DNA of 14,559 nt from Capitella teleta (taxonomy: Eukaryota): the NCBI GenBank assembly GCA_000328365.1, contig KB294684.1:235904-250462 (forward strand), read 5' to 3'. Shown piece by piece: positions 8,324 to 14,559 of the stretch. The position numbers and the translations under genes were made by a program. The number at the start of each line of letters is the position of its first letter. Position 1 is the stretch's first letter. The notes under the pieces were generated by a model. It did no database searches and had not been told where the DNA came from. It saw only the letters and a list, made by a program, of their open reading frames with translations.

Positions 8324-11287
8324 TTAACAAATTAACGATCCCTTAATTATCTTCACCTCTTTAGCAAGACGACCAGCTTCAGTCGGCTGTAACAAGTTAT
8401 TATCAATATGTTAGTTGGGTGCAGAAACCATTTATATTTCACACATCAACCTCCTGAAACTTTACATACCTTAGCTGCATTGATTTGCTTCAATTTCTGA
8501 GATGTCTTTTTGTTTGGTTGAATCTTCAGTCGCGTCTGCTGTGCCTTTCTCTCCTGGCGTTTCTCCTCTAGCTTCCGCTGCAAATCAATTAACTTGGGAT
8601 CATCCACAACGGCCTTTGCGTTGTGGCCTTTCTTCCGTTCTTCCAGCCGAATAGCAGCGGCTTTGCTCTGCTCCGTGCGATGTCTGTTGATCGTCTCCAA
8701 CGTTTCCATCAGAAGTTGTTCTTTTTCTTGTTTCGTGTTCAAAATGTCGTCTCGTTTGTTTTCCTCTTCAGCTTCTGAATTCATTCTCAGTAAGGATAAT
8801 CGTTCCTTCAACTAGAAAATTATACAAAGTTGTACCTTAAGATACCTCCATCAAGTGATAAATGTACCTCCACTATAGACATCTCTCCCAGGAAGCCATA
8901 ACCAGCATTCTCTGCCAAATCAACAGTCTTGAATTTCGTCTTAGGGACTGCTTGGGCCGCTCGTATTTGACGAATGAGAAGCATTTTCTGTTGCATTTCA
9001 GCTTCAGCCTGCAAACATATTCAAATGAACACTGTTTCACACTGAAAACATGCGTGATTTACCTCCTCTAGAGCCTGTTTCATCAGCTCACGACTTTCTT
9101 CTGTGACTGCCTGAACTAGAAAGAGATCAGAGTAAAAATGAATCCTCTATCAGCTGAATTACACTCACCAATCTTTGCTTTGTATACTTGTAGTTTTTTC
9201 TTGGCTTCCTTTGCATTCTCGTGAGTATCCAACACTTTTTCAACCAATTCCCTGCAGAACAACTTAAGACACTTCTGTTGCTCCTGCTATTTTCTCTCAC
9301 CTTGTCTCAATCTCTTCCTGCATTTTCCTCTCCATATATGCTTGCATCAAACCAGCTGCCTGTTGGGGAACCATAACCGATCCATATCACACTCCACTCA
9401 TGGTCCAATCCTACCTCTTCACGCATGCTGCGGGCTTTCTCTTGATTTTCCTGTATCAAATTCTGACGAGCGATGATTGCTTCCTCGTGGCTCAGCTTCC
9501 CCTCCAAGCGTCTCCGCTCAACGTCCGCAAACTGAGCTTCTAAATCTTGCTTGCGCATTTTACGCTGCCATTCGAAGAAATCACTGGCATCTTTTGCCCC
9601 TGCTTCTAGTCTCTCCAGCCTTTAATAAAAAATATAGAAATGGAAATATTTATTTCTAAAATTTTCACTTTTTGAGTTCTTCCTGTTCACGCTGACGATA
9701 CAACTTTCCTTCTCTTAGAATCGAAGTCGCGTTGAGTTTGATTGGAATATTCTCATCCTGATGAGCAACAAGGCATAAAAATAAATATTCCTGTAAAATA
9801 TAATAAACAGTGTAAATACCAGCAAAGCCTTAGGGAATGGATGTGACTTGTGGCGCTCAAAATCCAGCTTCTGTTCTTCTTCCACTAAAATATCTCTCAT
9901 ACGCCTCTGAGTTTTCTCAGACTTTTCTGGATTAGCGCAAGCAAATCTCTGCCTAGAGGCCTCCATCAGATGCTCCTACAGAAAACATCAAGTGAATTGC
10001 TTTAATTTATCATGAGACTTACTTCAGCTCTTCGTCGATTCTTCTCTCGAATGGCAGCCATGATGTTCTCTTCTTCCGGTTTCTCATAAGTTGTCTTTGG
10101 TGTCGGTTTGAATGGCTTCAATTTGGGAATCTTTATATTTAAAGAAAAACAAATCAATCTTCGCTGAAATTCAGAGGGTATGTTAATCTCACAGGCATTG
10201 GCATGGGAACACTGCGAGGCCGTGGCCTTGTGAGATTAAACGGCTTCACCTCTGAAAAAAGCGCATTCAATCTCATTATGAAGCATGTCATTAATTTGAT
10301 CACACCTGTGCTTGAAACTGTCTCTTTCTTGAGTTTCAATTTATTTGTGATTTCCTTCTGCATCTGCTGAAGAAGATCTTCCAACTCAGGCAGCCATCTG
10401 TGTTGCAATATATCGATGACCACATGGAAGCATGATCAACTTCTTACCCAAGAAGGGAGGAGAGCAAGGTGGTCTGCACAAAAGAAGTGTCGTAGATTTT
10501 CACCCAAGAATCTTTCATCCAAGTTCGGATTGATTTATCATTGAAGAAGAAATTCAAGAACTGAGGAAAGGGGTGAATTTGAAAATAGCGTCTATAAAAT
10601 GAATAAAGTTGAAGTTGACAAACCTTGTGCATTTTATTCAAGTCCACAGCTCTTACAAATTTCCTAAAATGAGGCATTCCTAACTCGTCCAATCGAAAGA
10701 TGGCCAGGTATACAAAAACTTAACGGATAGAAATTAGTGTTCATTAAGCACAATTATTATAAAATAATCAAAGCATTGAAGCACTGAAATTAAACTAATA
10801 AAATTCCTTATCTTTGAAATGCTGCATAAAATAACAAAATTTCATTGTGAAAGCGGATAATATTGTAATCCTAAAAATCTTATCAATTAATTAATCTCAC
10901 CCTTGAAGGATGCACAAGAATGATTATTCAAGAGAAAGTTTTATCAGTGAAATACAAAAGATTGATAAGCCTACCTCTGTACAGATTCTCTTCAGAACGA
11001 AGAACATTTTTCCCATCACGATTATAAAAAGCTTCTGTGACAACTGATATAACACTGTGGTACCTAACACAGCCAGAGAATACCTCCGTTATAAAGGTAT
11101 GGTCATCATCAGGCAAATTCTGAAATCAGAAATAAATTAGATATAAGAGATAAATGCAAAAATTGATATTAGCCTTTTGTTGTAGCAAGAATTCATTGAT
11201 GTGTTCTTCCAGGGACATCAAATCAACTTTGAAAGAGTTGAGCACTTCAACACAGGCAGTGATTAGTTCTCTGTGATTTTGCGCCAT
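8324..11287 (-). CDS. 15-exon gene encoding a ~667-aa protein with an LZTFL1-like N-terminal domain fused to a Pro-rich linker and an extended E/K/R-rich coiled coil. Exons on the - strand, given on + coordinates: 11287-11174, 11119-10975, 10718-10448 (which may contain an optional in-frame 63-nt intron at 10623-10561), 10397-10306, 10251-10193, 10130-10023, 9975-9820, 9790-9669, 9619-9415, 9359-9301, 9251-9169, 9106-9063, 9008-8868, 8811-8470, 8386-8324 (stop TAA at 8326-8324).
   Basis: Seen in sequence: a Kozak-like aagATGg start (reverse complement of 11285-11287) gives MAQNHRELITACVEVLNSFKVDLMSLEEHINEF. Exon 2 gives NLPDDDHTFITEVFSGCVRYHSVISVVTEAFYNRDGKNVL. Exon 3 gives YLAIFRLDELGMPHFRKFVRAVDL. 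Exon 4 gives WLPELEDLLQQMQKEITNKLKLKKE. From my memory of human LZTFL1, these resemble (NEHHQNEVINYMRFA...KTVDSCFQDLKE...EDTFTIDEVSEVLNGLQAVVHSEVESELINTAYTNVLLL...WYLKLQTDISELENRELLEQVAEF...ILDVTKPKLAPLNEGGTAELLNKEILRLQEEN). Downstream exons encode RPRPRSVPMPMP / IPKLKPFKPTPKTTYEKPEEENIMAAIREKNRRRAE, then long charged heptad-like sequence (…DFFEWQRKMRKQDLEAQFADVERRRLEGKLSHEEAIIARQNLIQENQEKARSMREE…, AEAEMQQKMLLIRQIRAAQAVPKTKFK…, …LEERKKGHNAKAVVDDPKLIDLQRKLEEKRQERKAQQTRLK…). All junctions have GT (one GC) donors and AG acceptors. The phases are mutually consistent and the exon total is 2004 nt, which is 668 codons. The family assignment is tentative; the gene structure is well supported. Confidence 0.68.
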
Positions 11288-11488
11288 CTTGATCCATGAG
11301 AGAGAACCTGTAACATGAATAATAATAAGAATGAATGAAACAATTGTCCCACTTTCCCTATTTTGGTTGGATTTGAGTGATGGGGCATTAGGTATCGATG
11401 TGCTGTTGGTGGATGAAGTGCATTACGTCATTTAAACCACTTGCACTGATAATTGTTTTGATTATTTCCTTCAATGTAGTTTTTGTAG

Positions 11489-11503
11489 TTTTTTTTTTTT
11501 TTT
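11489..11503. repeat. T15 homopolymer (A15 on the minus strand) embedded in a TGTAGTT x3 micro-repeat. It lies about 200 bp upstream of the minus-strand gene's start codon.
   Basis: Seen in sequence. Confidence 0.85.
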
Positions 11504-12030
11504 GTAGTTCACATTTTATTTTTCTATTTTTTTCTTCAGTTTTATGATGTGAATAAATTAAATATACATTATGCACACTATCAAATAATAACTAATTGAT
11601 AGCACGCATATAATAGCAATAATATCAACTCCTTAGCTGGCAGTAATATAAGGCTAAGTAACTATTATTTACTATACAGTAGATATGTTTGTCATGTCTG
11701 ATGATCAGATGATGATATGGCATGATCTTATTACTTATAATTTATTTGTAAATTACTGTATAGTATATCAATTATATCAGCATTTGTCATTCTGAGCACT
11801 TTATATAGTATATAAACATGGCACAACTGTGGCGATAACGGTATATATTATCATTTTGTATGATATGGTCTGACGAGATGGAAGTAGTAGAGTAGAGGAA
11901 GTAGAGCAATGGAGTCAGTTACTCAGTATTTGAGAATATTATTTAAGACTAAATTAGCAGATTAGACTATATCAGCAGTCTATTATTAGCCATTGGTCTG
12001 TATCTGTGTATATCAAGTATACCTGATATA

Positions 12031-12064
12031 CAGAGTGGGCTAAAAGTAGTCTATCTACTCCATG
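12031..12064 (+). repeat. Left terminal inverted repeat of the MITE.
   Basis: Seen in sequence: it pairs with the reverse complement of 12668-12707. Confidence 0.65.
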
Positions 12065-12667
12065 TTATCGATTACAGTGCTTTTCAATGGCATTGCACTT
12101 TTCCAAGAAAGTGTTACAAAACAGGTCGCAGCATAAAACTATGCTAAATAAGAGAAATAAATACTTGATATGGGACGTTAGTCTAACATGTCATGCTGCT
12201 ATTCCTATAATGTTTATTATAATTTCATCGACGTTCAATTAATGGAAAGCACCCAACTTTCGGCAAAATTTTCCCTTTTGGCGGCAAAGAGAGCCCCGGA
12301 CCATGGATAGGGTTCATTGCACTATTCTTTTGTTTGAGAATGTTGTTGTTTTGATTATAACACTAATGTTTACTTCTTAAAATCAAAACAGAGCAGAGAG
12401 TTTGTATTGAAGCGCCATGCAACAAATAATATTCCATAATGCTTGTTCAGGGGTTCATCCAATTTAATTCTCTTCACGAACACACAATACTCGCATTTAA
12501 ATGTTCCTACCTCATTAAATTTTGACTTTTTATTTGATATCTTGGTATGAATAGATGCAGAATAAGTTAGTCAATCCAGACTAGGTGAATATTTTTGGGA
12601 ATAATTGGTCCTTTTTTTTCCAATGAGAATTTTAGTTTTTAACATCATAACAACATAATCATTTTAG

Positions 12668-12707
12668 CATGGAGTAGATAGACTTAGACTACTTTTGGCC
12701 CACTCTG
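12668..12707 (-). repeat. Right terminal inverted repeat of the MITE, carrying a 6-bp internal duplication.
   Basis: Seen in sequence: its reverse complement matches 12031-12064. Confidence 0.65.
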
Positions 12708-12778
12708 TATAGTATACATGTAATGTGTGAAGTATATAAGTTTTAACTATATAAGTCTATCAAGTATGACTTATTAAG

Positions 12779-12805
12779 TGTCAGTCAGTGACTCAGTCAG
12801 TGAGT
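12779..12805. repeat. Short tandem repeat GTCAGTCAGTGA(C) x2 (gtcagtcagtgactcagtcagtgag), flanked by TATTAGTATTAGTATA at ~12867-12882.
   Basis: Seen in sequence. Confidence 0.7.
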
Positions 12806-14441
12806 GGGACATCTCAGCATCACCTCTCACCCCTCTGTCAGTTTGTGAGTGTTAGTCTGTCAGTATTACTATTAGTATTAGTATAACAGCCAGACACTCG
12901 ACTTCAAAAAAGGCATTTGACTTCAAAATGTCTACCGATTATTGAAATATACCATGCTAATTAATACCTGCTTAATTACCTACGATAAACCTGCGTCTGA
13001 AATTCACAATTAACGAGTTTATGGGTGGTTTAACAAGGAATTCCTCAATTTGTTCGCCATTTGTTTACTGTAGTTACTGAAAAGTCACGGAGCCAAATTT
13101 CTGAAATATACGTACTCTGTAAGTATATATTACTTAAATTTTTTGTAATAATTTATGAATTTATAATAACAAAATATCCTTTAAAATTATTTTTAATTAA
13201 TTAAATTGTCTATAAATGGCCTTACAAGCCTAAATAAATTGAATCGAAACTTCCCAGAAAAGCGACCTCTTAGCCGAATCTTCGGCAATGATCGGAGGTG
13301 CTCGGTATTTTCCGCCAAGCCCGGCGCTTTGTGTATTGTGAAGTGTTTACATGAAGGTTGTCAAACGTCACTGGATAACATATCGCTAAAGCGTATTTTA
13401 CTAATTGAATCTGTGAACATGACAGACAACGACAACTCTCAGGTATTGTTGCATTACCATGATAAAATCATTTGACATCATTTTCCATTACCTGTTTACG
13501 TTGATATTTGCGATAAAGCCCAGAAAATTCGCTCCGAAGAATCGAATCGCGAGGGATTCTCGCTTTATGCTGACTCGCCACTTTTTCAATCTGCGCGCTT
13601 CGTGATCTATTTTTAGCCTAATTAGGTTATAACTTGTTACGATTGACAATATGCTACCATTATGCAATGAGTACGAATGCATTAAAAATGACATGTAAAT
13701 TCTTGATGCAGGGTGTTCTATTTGAATGAATTTAAAACATGATTATAAAATCGGTAATTATAAAAAATAAATTCAAAATTAAATTGAGAGCGACGGCTTA
13801 TTCGAATTGGTTTGCCCTATATTAATTAATGTATTCACTTTTTCATTTCGGCATTTAATGGAAAATATTCAGACCGTATGTTTAGTGCACCAATTTCATG
13901 TAGTACCGGTATATATATTTTTAATAGCATTTTATAATGTGTGATCGCGAATATCGACCTACTCCATATTCTTATTCTATATGGCAGCCATTCAGGATAT
14001 ATCATTGTAACATGCTGGATTATATTACATAATCCTTGGGATGTGTTATGTACAATAGTATATGTTGTTTGGACTAAAGGCTTTATAGTGTGATTATACA
14101 TACCGGTATATAAAATGTTGTAATATTGTGTTAATGAATTGAAACACCATGATAATGTGTGCATTTCGACTCTACGAGTGCTGTTCGGTTGACTTTATGG
14201 ATTACTTCAAGGATTAACTCAATTGAATTAATTGATTGTCTAAATTGGCATTGTGATTCTCTTGGATTTGAGCAACCGTTTGGAATTATCAATATGATAT
14301 CAAGATTTGGTTCATTCCGGAAGTTGAAGATGAGATGGTCTCTGGGAATGACTGATTATCAATCTCTCAACAGCGCAAATTGCCTGGTGAATATATAATA
14401 ACTCATTTCATGTAAAATGAATTGTGTGTTTTACCTGTTCG

Positions 14442-14461
14442 AAAAAAAAAAAAAAAAAAAA
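14442..14461 (+). repeat. A20 homopolymer followed by purine-rich GGAAGAAAAGAGG. It may be the poly(A) tail of a retroposed insertion.
   Basis: Seen in sequence. I found no flanking target-site duplication. Confidence 0.6.
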
Positions 14462-14559
14462 GGAAGAAAAGAGGCTTATGAATTGCTTTTAACAATTTAT
14501 TTCTGATTAAAATCTAATTGCATTTTGTTATCGAATACTCAGTTGTTGATGTTCATTGT

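Larger units (their letters stand above)
12031..12707. mobile_element. Tc1/mariner-type nonautonomous element (MITE), 677 bp, with terminal inverted repeats and flanking TA target-site duplications (12029-12030 and 12708-12709). It has no transposase ORF.
   Basis: Seen in sequence: the left end is CAGAGTGGGCTAAAAGTAGTCTATCTACTCCATG (12031-12064). The right end is CATGGAGTAGATAGACTTAGACTACTTTTGGCCCACTCTG (12668-12707). The right end equals the reverse complement of the left except for one T/C mismatch and a 6-bp AGTCTA duplication. Both ends abut TA. The terminus CAG.GTGGGC.AAAAG resembles the Tc1 terminus CAGTGCTGGCCAAAAAG, from my memory of family consensus. Confidence 0.6.

Noticed and set aside
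8594-9659. Plus-strand ORFs 8594..8815, 8862..9071 and 9477..9659.
   Set aside because: These are antisense to the coiled-coil exons of the minus-strand gene. Their Ser/Cys/Phe-rich composition is typical of reverse-frame translation of E/K/R codons.
10397-10423. Apparent N-terminal extension 'MVIDILQHR' of the exon-4 ORF.
   Set aside because: An in-frame TGA lies immediately upstream. There is no AG acceptor between that stop and 10398 except acacag|A at 10398/10397. The extension is therefore intronic read-through, and the exon starts at 10397.
12270-12320. Possible RFX X-box (GTTNCC AT GGNAAC) at ccggaccatggatagggttc inside the MITE, as a ciliary-gene enhancer.
   Set aside because: Only the central CCATGG and one half-site match. 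It lies inside a transposable element about 1 kb from the gene start. The match is too weak to call.
13206-14398. ORFs 13206..13475(+), 13488..13694(-), 13835..14164(-) and 14159..14398(+).
   Set aside because: They are AT-rich with no recognisable domain or splice-consistent structure. I treat them as spurious ORFs in intergenic or repeat DNA.
1-14559. Ciliate-type nuclear code (UGA = Trp/Cys) as the explanation for the MVP internal TGA.
   Set aside because: The gene content (LZTFL1-like/BBSome gene, metazoan-type MVP) and the splice signals look metazoan. Only one in-frame TGA was seen across ~1490 codons in two genes. Both genes terminate on or next to TAA. This is not excluded, but it is less likely than a nonsense allele or an error.
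1-14559. Searches for tRNA cloverleaf genes (GGTTCGA-type T-arms), snRNA or rRNA genes, CRISPR arrays and prokaryotic operon signals.
   Set aside because: No convincing tRNA A/B-box or T-arm pairings were found. No direct-repeat/spacer arrays are present. The locus is eukaryotic with spliced genes.

Overview
This window is AT-rich eukaryotic (metazoan-like) nuclear DNA with GT-AG spliceosomal introns. It is not a prokaryotic locus, so no RBS, operon or CRISPR logic applies. Two convergent multi-exon genes sit in the middle. (1) On the + strand at 3573-6940 is a clear Major Vault Protein (MVP) gene. I traced at least 18 coding exons separated by very small introns of roughly 48-63 nt. The translation follows human MVP block for block: [164 protein letters not shown]. 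Two features are anomalous: an in-frame TGA in exon 10 exactly where human MVP has a conserved Arg, and no identifiable first coding exon. (2) On the - strand at 11287-8324 is a 15-exon gene whose exon phases all agree and whose CDS totals 2004 nt, giving a 667-aa protein. Its N-terminal ~170 aa resemble LZTFL1 (the BBSome regulator), followed by a Pro-rich linker and a long E/K/R-rich coiled coil. This architecture is roughly twice the length of canonical LZTFL1. The flanks are AT-rich intergenic DNA. They carry a Tc1/mariner-type MITE (12031-12707) with 34-40 bp TIRs and TA target-site duplications, a degenerate hAT-like transposase remnant (348-948, - strand), homopolymer and microsatellite tracts, and two small CpG-rich patches that are candidate promoters. 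All of this is from reading the sequence by eye; no searches or computations were run.
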